Assembly (NCBI GenBank): GCA_040756875.1 | Contig: JBFLYH010000001.1 | Span: 64,001-128,000 of the forward strand | Direction: 5' to 3' | Source of the DNA: a candidate division FCPU426 bacterium | Lineage (GTDB): Bacteria > Oederibacteriota > JAAXVQ01 > JAUVAV01 | Length of the DNA stretch: 64,000 nt | Shown: piece after piece, positions 8,964-19,085 of the stretch | Layout: the number at the start of each line of letters is the position of its first letter | Position numbering within the stretch: the stretch's first letter is position 1 | Position numbers and translations under genes: made by a program | Notes under the pieces: model-generated | What the model saw: the letters and a program-made list of their open reading frames with translations, nothing else | Database searches by the model: none | Told to the model about the DNA's origin: nothing

Positions 8964-10652
8964 ATGATTCAATGGCCGAAAAACAATGACGCGTTGGGCA
9001 CCATCAACCGGGGCAATCCCTGCGAGTCGGGGTTGTGCACCTTGTGCGAATCCGGCTGCAAGGGCAAGTGCGAAACCTGGCTGTCATCCATTAAAGGGCG
9101 CAAATTGCTGTATCCGCGCGACTTTGGCTCCATTACCGCGGGCAGCAGCAACACCACGCACCTGGGCGTGAATTACAACGCCCTGCGCATCAATGGATAC
9201 AATTATGGCGCCACGGGGCTGCCCAAGGGCCTGTCCAATTCAGAAGACGAATGCATTTTTCCCAATGTGAGCCTGGCGACGGAATTCGGGACCGCGGTCA
9301 AAACCAAATGCCGCGTGCCGATCATGACCGGCGCCCTGGGCTCGACCTTCATCGCGGCCAAATACTGGGAGTCGTTCGCTGTCGGCGCGGCCCTGGTCGG
9401 TTATCCGATCGTGGTCGGCGAAAACGTAGTGGGCATCGACCGCCAGGCGGAGATCAAGAACGGCAAAATCAGCAAAGCACCGGAACTTGACCGCCGGATC
9501 GAAACCTTCCTCCGCTATCATGACGGTTTTGGGGCGATCATCGTGCAGATGAACGTCGAAGACACCCGCAACGGCGTGGCGGAGTACGTCATTGGGAAAT
9601 ACGGCGACAAAGCCATCATTGAGCTCAAGTGGGGGCAGGGCGCCAAGGACATCGGCGGCGAAATCCAGGTGACGAGCCTGGATTATGCCTTGTTCCTGAA
9701 GAACCGCGGCTATGTCGTGGATCCGGATCCGACCAAGCCCGAAGTGCAGGAGGCTTTCAAGAACAAGTCCATCAAGTCCTTCGCCCGCCACAGCCGCCTG
9801 GGCTATACCAAACTCTCATCGGCCGAACAGGTGGAGAAGTCGTTCCATGAAGCCGTGGCGTACCTGCGCAAGATCGGCTACAAGCGCATCTCGCTCAAAA
9901 CCGGCTCTTACGGCATGGAAGCCCTGGCCATGTCGATCAAGTTCGCCAGCGACACCAAGCTCGACCTCCTGACCATCGACGGGTCGGGCGGCGGCACAGG
10001 CATGAGCCCGTGGAACATGATGGAAACCTGGGGCGTGCCCTCGCTCTACTTGCACGCCAAAGCCGTGGAATACGCGGATATCCTGGCCAAGAAGGGCACC
10101 CGGGTCGTGGACATGGCGTTCGCCGGCGGACTGGCCCGCGAGGACCATATTTTTAAAGCCCTGGCCCTGGGGTCGCCTTATGTGAAGCTGATCTGCATGG
10201 GCCGCGCGCTCATGATCCCCGCGTTCCTCGGCGCCAATGTGCAGGGTGTGCTGCAACCCGATAAGCGCCAGGCGCTCAACGGCAACTGGACCGAACTTCC
10301 GCCCAATGTCACGCAGAACGGCGGCACGACCGTCGAGGAAATTTTCGCCGGGTATTTCGATGTGCAGAAGAAAGTCGGCAAGAATGAAATGAAAAACATC
10401 CCCATGGGCGCCATTGCGGCCTGGACCATGGCTGACAAGCTGGCTGCTGGCCTGCAACAATTGATGGCCGGCGCCAGGCGGTTCAGCCTGCCTGCGATCA
10501 GCCGCCACGACATTTTCTCGATGAATCGGGAAGTGGAGGCCATAACCTGCATTCCCTTCATCAATGATATGGACGATGATTGCGCCAAAGCCATCTTGGC
10601 CGGCAAAGGCGCGAAAAAGAGCGCGAAAAAAGCCACTAAGAAAGGTAAATAA
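8964..10652 (+). CDS. FMN-binding glutamate synthase family protein (stand-alone GltB-like domain)
   Basis: IELKWGQGAKDIGG, LTIDGSGGGTG, AFAGGL, KALALG, MGRA motifs; N-terminal Cys cluster; divergent from nrpR. Confidence 0.9.
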   Translation: MIQWPKNNDALGTINRGNPCESGLCTLCESGCKGKCETWLSSIKGRKLLYPRDFGSITAGSSNTTHLGVNYNALRINGYNYGATGLPKGLSNSEDECIFPNVSLATEFGTAVKTKCRVPIMTGALGSTFIAAKYWESFAVGAALVGYPIVVGENVVGIDRQAEIKNGKISKAPELDRRIETFLRYHDGFGAIIVQMNVEDTRNGVAEYVIGKYGDKAIIELKWGQGAKDIGGEIQVTSLDYALFLKNRGYVVDPDPTKPEVQEAFKNKSIKSFARHSRLGYTKLSSAEQVEKSFHEAVAYLRKIGYKRISLKTGSYGMEALAMSIKFASDTKLDLLTIDGSGGGTGMSPWNMMETWGVPSLYLHAKAVEYADILAKKGTRVVDMAFAGGLAREDHIFKALALGSPYVKLICMGRALMIPAFLGANVQGVLQPDKRQALNGNWTELPPNVTQNGGTTVEEIFAGYFDVQKKVGKNEMKNIPMGAIAAWTMADKLAAGLQQLMAGARRFSLPAISRHDIFSMNREVEAITCIPFINDMDDDCAKAILAGKGAKKSAKKATKKGK

Positions 10653-10670
10653 CCTGTAGCAGGTTTGAAG

Positions 10671-10708
10671 AGGCGGCGGGCATTTAACGCCCGCCGCCTT
10701 TTTGTTTT
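10671..10708 (+). terminator. Intrinsic terminator
   Basis: AGGCGGCGGGC-loop-GCCCGCCGCCT followed by a T-tract just after the stop codon. Confidence 0.85.
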
Positions 10709-10710
10709 AA

Positions 10711-10810
10711 TCCCTCCGCAAGAATCCCCGGGCTTTAGCCCGGGGAGAGGTTTGCGGGATTTGTTTGCGTAGGGAGGGAGCCCCGGACTTTAGTCCGGGG
10801 GTCGCTCCAC
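10711..10810. mobile_element. Miniature double-hairpin element resembling IS200/IS605 ends (PATE/REP-like)
   Basis: TCCCCGGGCT-TT-AGCCCGGGGA (10725-10746) and CCCCGGACT-TT-AGTCCGGGG (10781-10800) with a compensatory base-pair change; no ORF between. Confidence 0.55.
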
Positions 10811-11100
10811 TCGACCGGGACAAATGATAATTAATAATGATTTTTATCATTTGCTGGCCAATAAAGGGTTATAATGTGCCGTATTTGCAGCCGGATGAAT
10901 ACCGCCTGCCTCTTCTTGCTGCACTAGCCACCTCGTTTTCGTTTTTCACGCATGCTTGAGGAAGCGGAAAAACTCCCCACGTTCGGTGTGCAAATAACAC
11001 CTTAATCCTCGGTGATTAGCACCGTGGATAATAGTATTGGGCAGTCAAGGCGTGTTGCCGTTATCCAGGGCAATGGCAGTCCGCTTGAGGGAGTTATTGC

Positions 11101-14100
11101 ATGCAGGAAATCCTCCTTTCCCAGCTGCTGGACCGCATTTTTATCCAAAATCTGATCGACGCCTGCTACCGCACCACCGGCATGCCCCTACAGGTGTTGG
11201 ATGCCCGCGATGGTTCGGTTTTTGCCAGCGCCGGCATGCCGACTTCGGATCGCAACGGGTCCGGCCGCCATTTAATGGCCGCGGAATTGCGCCCGCAGGT
11301 TGCCGCACTGGAGTCAATCCGTTACGAATGCCGCCAGGGAATATGGGAAGCGGAACTGCCCCTGATGGTTCGGGACCGCCTGCTGGCCGTGGTTCATTCC
11401 GGCGGGTTTGTCATGAAAGATTCCGCCTTTCTCGACACCCCGGACGCATTCTCCGGCCCGCCGAACCAGCTTCCGCTGTTTGATTCCCAGACGGCGGACG
11501 CCGCGCTGGAATGCCACCGCACCGTGGCGAGGTTGCTCGTCCGGATGGCCGAAAACGACCGGCCGCCAACCGCGCCCGCCCAGACGAAAGCCGCCGAATC
11601 CGCCCGTCCAGACCAGGAATCGCTGCTTCACCTCCGCTACTTCGAAAACATGGACCACATCAACCGGATCATCCAGCAAACGAGCGATCCGGAACAAATG
11701 ATGCGCGACCTGCTCGATGCCGTACTGGCGATTTTCAACTGCGACCGGGCGTTTCTCGTTTATCCTTGCGAACCGACCGCCACCACCTGGACTTCGCCGA
11801 TGGAACGCACGCGGCCTGAGTATCCCGGCGTGCTGCAGCTGGGACTTGAAGTTCCGATGGATCCGGAAGTATTGCGCGTTTACCGGACCGTGAGAGCGAC
11901 ACCCGACCCGGTGACATTCGGCCCCGGGTCCGAACTCCCCTTGCCGCAGGGCACCACCGAACAATTCCATATTCTATCCATGATGAGCATGGCCGTTTAC
12001 CCCAAGAACGATCAGCCGTACATGTTCGGGATACACCAGTGCTCTTATGCTCGGGTGTGGAACGAAGAGGAAAAACGCCTCATGCGGGGGATCGGCGAGC
12101 GGTTGGGCGATTCATTGACCAGCATGCAAGCGTATCGCCATTTGCAGGAAAGCGAGCAACGCTACCGGGAAATATTCGAGAACATCACCAACGCCGTCGT
12201 GCTTTATGAAGCCTCCCCGGAGGGCCGGTTTAAAATACTGGATGTCAATCCCACCGGTGAGCGCATTCTGGGATTGCGCCGGACCGTCTTAGTCGGGAAG
12301 TACCTGGACGAAATGGAGGGCGAGGTCTTCCGATCCCAGTTTGAGAAAAACCGCCTCTGTCTAAAAGGCAAAGCGCCGATCAGCTACGACCGCCAAATCG
12401 ATACGGCCACGGGCCAGTGGCATATTTATACGACGCTGTTGCCCATGGCCGATGCGGCGGGCGTGATCCGGCGGATCATGGAAATCAACCGCGACATTAC
12501 CGAACAAACGCGCGCCGAAAAATCCCTGCGCCGCCTGAACCGGGAACTCCATGCCATCAGCAATTGCATCCAGGTCCTCATGCGGGCCGAAGACGAGGAC
12601 ATCCTGCTCAATGATATCTGCCGCATTATTTGCGAGGAAGCGGGATACCGCCTGGCCTGGGTGGGATATGCCGAGCCTGACGCCGGCAAAACCATCCGTC
12701 CCAAAGCCTGGGCCGGGTTTGAAGACGGTTATCTGGCTACGGTCCGCCCCAATTGGTCCGAGGACAGCGAACGCGGACGCGGCCCTTCGGGAATTGCGGT
12801 GCGCTCCGGCGAAAAGTGCTTCATCCAGGACATAACCACCGATGCGCGGATGGCCCCCTGGAAAGAAAACGCCGTGAAACGCGGTTACCATTCCATCATT
12901 GCCTTGCCGTTGAAAGACGAAACCAACGCCCCTTTCGGCGTGCTGGTGATTTACTCCGGTGAAACCGACGCTTTCACGGGGGACGAGGTCCGGCTGCTGG
13001 AGGAGCTGGCCGCTGACCTGGCTTTCGGCATCTGCAGCTTGCGCGCCCGCGAACGGCTCAAGCACGCGGAACGCGAGCAACTGGCGCATCTTCGGTACTT
13101 TGAATGCATGGATCAAATCAATCATGCCATCCGCCAAGCCAGCGACGTTGAAAAAATGGTGGGCGAGGTCCTCGATATGCTGTTGGCGAATTTTGATTGC
13201 GACCGGGCTTTTTTAATCTATCCCTGCGATCCGGAGGCTGATTCCTGGAGCGTGCCCATCGAACGCACCCGCCCCGAGTACCCGGGAGCCAACGCCTTGC
13301 AGGCCGTGGTGCCCATGACCGCGGAAACGCAAACCCTGTTGAGGATCGTGCGTTCGGAGGACGGGCCCGTGGCTTTCGGCCAGGACTCGCTGCATCCTTT
13401 GCCGCCGATAACTTCCAAACGGTTCAATATCCAGTCCCTGGTCGCCATGGCCGTGTACCCCAAGCAGGACAAACCTTATATGTTCGGCCTGCACCAGTGT
13501 TCTTATCCCCGTGTGTGGTCCGAAGAGGAGAAGTGGCTCCTGCGCGGGATCGGAGAGCGTTTGGGCGACGCGTTGACCAGTTTGCAGGCCCACCACCAAC
13601 TGCAGGAGAGCGAACGCCGCTACCGGGAAATATTCGAAAACACCACCAATGCAGTCATGCTCTACGAAGTCACTCCGGAAGGGCGCTTGCGTGTCTTGGA
13701 TATCAATCCTGCTTTTCAGCAAATAACGGGATACAAAAGCGAAGACTTGGATGGAAGATATATGGACGAATTCGGCTGCGACACACATTACCGGGAGTTT
13801 CTGGAAAAAAACCGGGTGTGTCTGGAAAGCAAAACCCCTGTCAGTTATCAACACCAGCTGAAAACGCCGACCGGGGAATGGCATTTCCAGACCACCCTGG
13901 TCCCGGTCAGCAATGCTGCCGGTTCGATTTACCGCATCGTAAACATCAGCCGTAATATCACTGAACAAATCCTGGCTGAAGCGGCTCTGAGGGATTCGGA
14001 GCAGCGGCTGTCCGAAATTTTTAATTTCCTGCCGGACGCCACCTTCGCCATTGACCGCCAAGGCCGCGTCATCGCGTGGAACAAAGCCATCGAGGAGATG

Positions 14101-15513
14101 ACAGGCGTCAAGGCCGAGCAAATGCTCGGCAAAAGCAATCACGAGTATGCGCTGCCTTTTTACGGCGCTCGCCGACCGATCCTGATCGATCTGGTCCTGT
14201 TGCCGGATGAAATCGTCGAGAAGAACTACACGTTCGTTAAAAGGGAAGGCGGCGCGCTGGTGGCTGAGGCGGATGTGCCCATCAACGGCAAAGAAGCCCG
14301 TCACCTGTGGGGCAAAGCCGTGCCGCTCTATGACATCCACGGCCAGCTGACAGGCGCGGTGGAAGCCATCCGCGACATCACGGAAAAAAAACGGTGGGAA
14401 GAAGTCATCCTGAATTCAAAAATCTTTTTGGACAGCCTGGTGGAGCAAAGCCCGTATTCGATGTGGATCGCGGATGACCAGGGCACCATGCTGCGCATGA
14501 ATCCGGCCTGCCGCGAATTGCTGCAGATCAAAGACGATGAAACGGTGGGCAAGTACAACCTGCTGAGAGACAACATCGTCGAACAGCAGGGCTTGATGCC
14601 GCTCGTGCGGAGCGTCTTCGAACAGGGCGAAAGCATACGCTTTGAACTCACCTACGACAGCGCCCAACTCAAGCACATCTCGCTGGCAAAAACCGTGCAG
14701 GTGGTTCTGGAAGTCACGATATTCCCCATAAGAAACAGTTCGGGAAAAACCACCAACATCGTCGTCCAGCATATCGATATCAGTGCACGCAAACGAGCCG
14801 AAGCGGAAAGGGAAGCGCTCATCAAGGACCTGGAAACCAAGAACGCCGAACTGGAGCGGTTTACCTACACCGTTTCCCACGATCTGAAGAATCCCTTGAT
14901 CTCAATCAAGGGGTTTTCCTCGCTGCTGGAAAAATTGGCCAAGGACACCCGCCGCGCTGAGATCGAGGATTACGCGGGGCGCATTTCCCGGGCCGCGGAT
15001 CAGATGCGCAAACTACTCAACGATTTGCTGGAATTGTCCCGCGCCGGGCATGCCATGAATGTTTTGGAGGAGTTTTCCCTGGATGAGATGGCGAAGAGCC
15101 TGGTGGAAGCCTTGCATAACCGTTTTCAGGATCAGAATGTGGAAGTGGTTTTTGCCACGCCACTGCCGGTCGTCAAAGGGGATCCGCTCCGGCTGCGCGA
15201 GGTGCTGGAAAACCTGCTCGATAATGCCCTGGCTTATATGGGCGATCAACCAAAACCGAAAATCGAGCTCGGAATGTGCTATAATGATGACCGGCAAGTG
15301 ATATACGTGCAAGACAACGGCATGGGTGTGGAACCTAAGTACCATCAAAAAATATTCGGGCTGTTCGAACGCCTGGATGCCGATAACCCTAAAGGCACGG
15401 GGGTGGGACTGGCGATCGTCAAGAGGATCGTGGAACTGCATGGGGGGCGGGTATGGGTTGAATCCGAAGGCGTCGGTCGCGGCAGCAGGTTTTGCTTCAC
15501 CCTGCCGCATTAG
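11101..15513 (+). CDS. Cytoplasmic multi-sensor histidine kinase (PocR-like, 3 GAF, 4 PAS, HisKA, HATPase)
   Basis: FTYTVSHDLKNPL H-box, NLLDNA, DNGMG, GTGVGLAIV; duplicated GAF-PAS modules. Confidence 0.93.
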   Translation: MQEILLSQLLDRIFIQNLIDACYRTTGMPLQVLDARDGSVFASAGMPTSDRNGSGRHLMAAELRPQVAALESIRYECRQGIWEAELPLMVRDRLLAVVHSGGFVMKDSAFLDTPDAFSGPPNQLPLFDSQTADAALECHRTVARLLVRMAENDRPPTAPAQTKAAESARPDQESLLHLRYFENMDHINRIIQQTSDPEQMMRDLLDAVLAIFNCDRAFLVYPCEPTATTWTSPMERTRPEYPGVLQLGLEVPMDPEVLRVYRTVRATPDPVTFGPGSELPLPQGTTEQFHILSMMSMAVYPKNDQPYMFGIHQCSYARVWNEEEKRLMRGIGERLGDSLTSMQAYRHLQESEQRYREIFENITNAVVLYEASPEGRFKILDVNPTGERILGLRRTVLVGKYLDEMEGEVFRSQFEKNRLCLKGKAPISYDRQIDTATGQWHIYTTLLPMADAAGVIRRIMEINRDITEQTRAEKSLRRLNRELHAISNCIQVLMRAEDEDILLNDICRIICEEAGYRLAWVGYAEPDAGKTIRPKAWAGFEDGYLATVRPNWSEDSERGRGPSGIAVRSGEKCFIQDITTDARMAPWKENAVKRGYHSIIALPLKDETNAPFGVLVIYSGETDAFTGDEVRLLEELAADLAFGICSLRARERLKHAEREQLAHLRYFECMDQINHAIRQASDVEKMVGEVLDMLLANFDCDRAFLIYPCDPEADSWSVPIERTRPEYPGANALQAVVPMTAETQTLLRIVRSEDGPVAFGQDSLHPLPPITSKRFNIQSLVAMAVYPKQDKPYMFGLHQCSYPRVWSEEEKWLLRGIGERLGDALTSLQAHHQLQESERRYREIFENTTNAVMLYEVTPEGRLRVLDINPAFQQITGYKSEDLDGRYMDEFGCDTHYREFLEKNRVCLESKTPVSYQHQLKTPTGEWHFQTTLVPVSNAAGSIYRIVNISRNITEQILAEAALRDSEQRLSEIFNFLPDATFAIDRQGRVIAWNKAIEEMTGVKAEQMLGKSNHEYALPFYGARRPILIDLVLLPDEIVEKNYTFVKREGGALVAEADVPINGKEARHLWGKAVPLYDIHGQLTGAVEAIRDITEKKRWEEVILNSKIFLDSLVEQSPYSMWIADDQGTMLRMNPACRELLQIKDDETVGKYNLLRDNIVEQQGLMPLVRSVFEQGESIRFELTYDSAQLKHISLAKTVQVVLEVTIFPIRNSSGKTTNIVVQHIDISARKRAEAEREALIKDLETKNAELERFTYTVSHDLKNPLISIKGFSSLLEKLAKDTRRAEIEDYAGRISRAADQMRKLLNDLLELSRAGHAMNVLEEFSLDEMAKSLVEALHNRFQDQNVEVVFATPLPVVKGDPLRLREVLENLLDNALAYMGDQPKPKIELGMCYNDDRQVIYVQDNGMGVEPKYHQKIFGLFERLDADNPKGTGVGLAIVKRIVELHGGRVWVESEGVGRGSRFCFTLPH

Positions 15514-15536
15514 ACTGCCGTAAGGAGGGTGCGATC

Positions 15537-15983
15537 ATGGTAGATAGAGAACCTGTTTTGATCCTTCATGTCGAGGACAATCCCGATCACGCCAAGCTGG
15601 TTCAAATCTGCTTTTTAGACCATCCGGTACCCAACACCATCAAGCATGTCAGCGACGGCGAGGCGGCCCTGGATTACCTGTTCCGGCGGGGGCCCTTTGC
15701 CAACCCGGAGGCCAGCCCTATCCCAAAGGTCATTCTCCTGGATTTGCGACTGCCGAGAATGGACGGTCTGGAAGTTCTTAAAATAGTCAAGGAAAACGAA
15801 CGGCTGCGTGGCATCCCCGTGGTCGTGCTCACCACCTCGGAATCCGATTCGGACATCCGCCAGGCGTATCAACTTCATACCAACAGTTATCTGGTTAAAC
15901 CGGTGGATTACGAATCGTTCTCGAAAATGATGAACGACATGGGCAGTTATTGGTTCGAACGCAACCGGGCGCCGCGTTTATAA
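15537..15983 (+). CDS. Single-domain response regulator (Rcp1-like)
   Basis: VEDN, ILLDLRLPRMDG, VVLTTS, NSYLVKPV. Confidence 0.93.
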   Translation: MVDREPVLILHVEDNPDHAKLVQICFLDHPVPNTIKHVSDGEAALDYLFRRGPFANPEASPIPKVILLDLRLPRMDGLEVLKIVKENERLRGIPVVVLTTSESDSDIRQAYQLHTNSYLVKPVDYESFSKMMNDMGSYWFERNRAPRL

Positions 15984-16052
15984 TTCTCCTCGGGGTTTCT
16001 TCGGGCCGGACGCCGCTTTCGGCAATAAATCCTGCCAACACGGGAAACGGGC

Positions 16053-16089
16053 TTGCATTCCAGCGGAGGGGATGATACACTTTGGTGTA
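16053..16089 (+). promoter_or_regulatory. Promoter with overlapping palindrome, candidate TetR operator
   Basis: TTGCAT(16053)-N17-TACACT(16076); TACAC-TTTG-GTGTA at 16076-16089. Confidence 0.55.
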
Positions 16090-16122
16090 AACTGACGGTA
16101 TACTTAATTACAGGTGCATGCA

Positions 16123-16767
16123 ATGGGAACCCGCGAACGCAAACAACTGGAGAAAAGGCTCCGTCAAGAAGACATTCTGCGCGCCGCGGAGAAACTGTTT
16201 TTTGACCGTGGCATCAAACTCACGACCATGGACGATGTGGCCAAGGCCGCGGAATACAGCAAACGCACGGTTTATTGCTATTTTAAAAGCAAGGAACAGA
16301 TGGTTCACGCCCTCGTTTTGCGCGCCCTTAAGATCCTCAATGAGCGGATACGAGCGGTCATGACGGTTCCGCCCGCCACAGCCCTCGACACCATCCTGGA
16401 GCTGTGCAAAGCCTTTGTGGATTACGCGTCGTGCTATCCGGATTATTTCAGAATGCTGTCTTTTTACGAACAATGGGAACTGGACCCCAAGGAGCGGGAT
16501 GAATATAAGGAGGCCTGCCTGGTGGAAGGCCGGCGGATATTCGAACTGATGGTAGACGTTTTGCGCCGGGGGCAGCGGGACGGGAGTATCCGCCGGCAGG
16601 CGGACACTGCCGGCACGGCTTTGGTGCTTTATGCCCATGTCATGGGAGTGGCCAACCTGCTGATCAACCGCAAAAAGTATTCCGCGGCCGTACAGCCTAG
16701 AACCGCCCGCGAAGTCACTTCCACCATGACTGATTTCGTGGTGAGGGCTTTGCGTGGAAAAGCCTAG
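16123..16767 (+). CDS. TetR/AcrR family regulator
   Basis: ILRAAEKLF...TTMDDVAKAAEYSKRTVYCYFKSKE. Confidence 0.93.
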   Translation: MGTRERKQLEKRLRQEDILRAAEKLFFDRGIKLTTMDDVAKAAEYSKRTVYCYFKSKEQMVHALVLRALKILNERIRAVMTVPPATALDTILELCKAFVDYASCYPDYFRMLSFYEQWELDPKERDEYKEACLVEGRRIFELMVDVLRRGQRDGSIRRQADTAGTALVLYAHVMGVANLLINRKKYSAAVQPRTAREVTSTMTDFVVRALRGKA

Positions 16768-16780
16768 AAGGGAGCGGGTC

Positions 16781-19084
16781 ATGCTGGAACGTTTTTCGAG
16801 GTTCGTCATCCGTCACGCCAAACTCATGGTGGCCCTGTCCCTGCTTGCCACGCTGGGCTTCGGTTATCAGCTGCGCTACCTGAAAATCAATTCGGATGTC
16901 CTGACATCCCTGCCCCAGGACGATCCCGTGATCAAGACCTTCAACCAGGTGGGGGAAACCTACGGCGGCAACGCCCTGGCCATCGTGGCCGTGGAAGCGG
17001 ACGACATCTTCACGCCAGGCACCCTGGCCTCGATCCGCGACCTCACCAACCGCTTCCGGGCCATCCCCGGCGTGATTTCAGTCGCCAGCCTGACGCATGT
17101 GATCGACATTCACGACACGGACGGACAGATCGAAATCTCCCAACTCATTGATGAAAACGATTTCCCCCGGACGCCCGCGGCCTGCCAGGCCTTGAAAACC
17201 CGCGCCTTGTCCAAAACCCTGCTGCGCGGCCGGCTGGTTTCGGAGGACGGGCGCCTGACCCTGATCGTCTGCCGCCTGCTTAAAGACAAGGAAAAGGTCA
17301 GCAGCCGGATCAGGGCCGAAGCGCTCCGGGCCCGGGTCCCGGAAAAGCTTTATTTCACAGGCATGCCTTTCCAGTCCAACGAGATCTACCGGTTCATTGT
17401 CAGCGATTTGATGGTGCTGATCCCCATCATCGCGGTCGTTATGAGCCTGGCGCTCTTCCTGAGTTTCCGCACTCTGCACGGGATCTGGCTGCCCCTGCTG
17501 GCGGTGGGCATTTCCACGCTCTGGACCCTGGGGATGATGAGCCTGTTGCGCGTTCCGCTCTCCATTTTTTCGAACATTATTCCCGTGGTGCTCATGGCCG
17601 TGGGCAGCGCCTACAGCATTCACGTGATCAGCCATTACCACGAATCCGGCGCCAGCCTGGATCCGGAGGAACGGGCGGTCGGCAACCTGAAGGATGTCGG
17701 GGTGCCGGTGATCCTGGCCGCCGTGACCACAATGATCGGTTTCGCCTCCTTCATCTTTGGTTCCTATCTGACCATGATCAAAGAGTTCGGCGCGTTCGTG
17801 GCCCTAGGCATCGGCTTCGCCCTGTTCAACTCCCTGACCCTGGTTCCGGCCCTGCTGTATTTGATCCACCCCCAGGCCCGCCGGCCCCATCCCTCCGCGG
17901 ACGGGCGGCTGCCGGGGCCAGGGCGCCTGAGCCGCTTCTGGGCGGGTTTGGTCGTCAGGCACCGCGCCGGCCTGCTGGCCGCGTTCGGGCTGATCGCCGT
18001 CGTCTGCAGCCTGTTCATTCCGCGCATCGACCGCCGGGTGGATTTCCTGGATTACTTCAAACCCGGTTCCGAAATCCGGAAAGCGGAGAACATCATCGGG
18101 CGGTATTTCGGGGGCTCGGTGCCCACCCAGGTCATCGTGCGGGGGGACATCCAGGATCCGGACGTGCTGGCCGCCATGGCGAAGATGCAGGAGGAATTGA
18201 AACGCCAACCCGAACTGCGCAATCCGCAGTCCATCGTGGACTACCTGGTCGAGATGAACGCGGTCATGGGCGAAGGCCGCCGGCTGCCGGACACCCGCGA
18301 AAAGGTCGCCAATCTGTGGTTCCTGCTCGAGGGCGAGGAGGTCATGTCCCAACTGGTCAATCCCGACGCCTCGGAAGCCATCATTCAGGCCGTGCAAAAA
18401 AGCGCCTTCAGCCGGCAGAACAGCCAGATGGTGGAGCAGATTCAGGCCGCCTGCCGGGCGCTGGGGAGCGATAAAGTCTCGTTTGAATTGACCAGCCAGC
18501 CGGTAATTTTCAAAAAATTGGACGACAGCCTGATGCGCAGCCAACGGTCCAGCATGAGCCTGGCTTTGGGATTCATCGTACTGTGCCTGGTGCTGATGCT
18601 GCGTTCCCTGAAAAACGGCCTGCTCAGTGCCCTGCCCATCGCTTTTTCGCTGCTGGTGATGTTCGGGTTCATGGGTGCGGTCCGCATCCCCCTGGACGTG
18701 GCCACGGTGCTTCTGGCGAGCATTACCATCGGCATCGGCGTGGATTATTCGATCCATTTCGCCAACCGGCTGCAGCGGGAACAGGGGCTGGGTTATACCC
18801 CGGACCCGGAGCAGCTGCTGGCCCGCGCCCTCAGCGGTACGGGCAAGGCGATCTGGATCAACGTGGTCACCGTGGCCGCGGGTTTTCTGGTCCTGGTGTT
18901 TTCCAATTTGGTCCCGATCCAGCGGTTCGGCATCCTGGTGGCCCTGACCATGCTCAGTTCCGGACTGGGCGCGATCGCCATCATACCGGTCCTGCTGCTG
19001 CCCGGCCAAAAGCGCCCGCTGGCGCCGCAACCGGCGCAGGCCCCAAAGACCGCCGCTCCGGCGGAAATCAAAGGAGGGAAGTGA
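16781..19084 (+). CDS. MMPL/RND family transporter
   Basis: Two repeats of periplasmic domain plus TM bundle; GSAYSIH and GIGVDYSIHF motifs. Confidence 0.9.
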   Translation: MLERFSRFVIRHAKLMVALSLLATLGFGYQLRYLKINSDVLTSLPQDDPVIKTFNQVGETYGGNALAIVAVEADDIFTPGTLASIRDLTNRFRAIPGVISVASLTHVIDIHDTDGQIEISQLIDENDFPRTPAACQALKTRALSKTLLRGRLVSEDGRLTLIVCRLLKDKEKVSSRIRAEALRARVPEKLYFTGMPFQSNEIYRFIVSDLMVLIPIIAVVMSLALFLSFRTLHGIWLPLLAVGISTLWTLGMMSLLRVPLSIFSNIIPVVLMAVGSAYSIHVISHYHESGASLDPEERAVGNLKDVGVPVILAAVTTMIGFASFIFGSYLTMIKEFGAFVALGIGFALFNSLTLVPALLYLIHPQARRPHPSADGRLPGPGRLSRFWAGLVVRHRAGLLAAFGLIAVVCSLFIPRIDRRVDFLDYFKPGSEIRKAENIIGRYFGGSVPTQVIVRGDIQDPDVLAAMAKMQEELKRQPELRNPQSIVDYLVEMNAVMGEGRRLPDTREKVANLWFLLEGEEVMSQLVNPDASEAIIQAVQKSAFSRQNSQMVEQIQAACRALGSDKVSFELTSQPVIFKKLDDSLMRSQRSSMSLALGFIVLCLVLMLRSLKNGLLSALPIAFSLLVMFGFMGAVRIPLDVATVLLASITIGIGVDYSIHFANRLQREQGLGYTPDPEQLLARALSGTGKAIWINVVTVAAGFLVLVFSNLVPIQRFGILVALTMLSSGLGAIAIIPVLLLPGQKRPLAPQPAQAPKTAAPAEIKGGK

Positions 19085-19085
19085 C

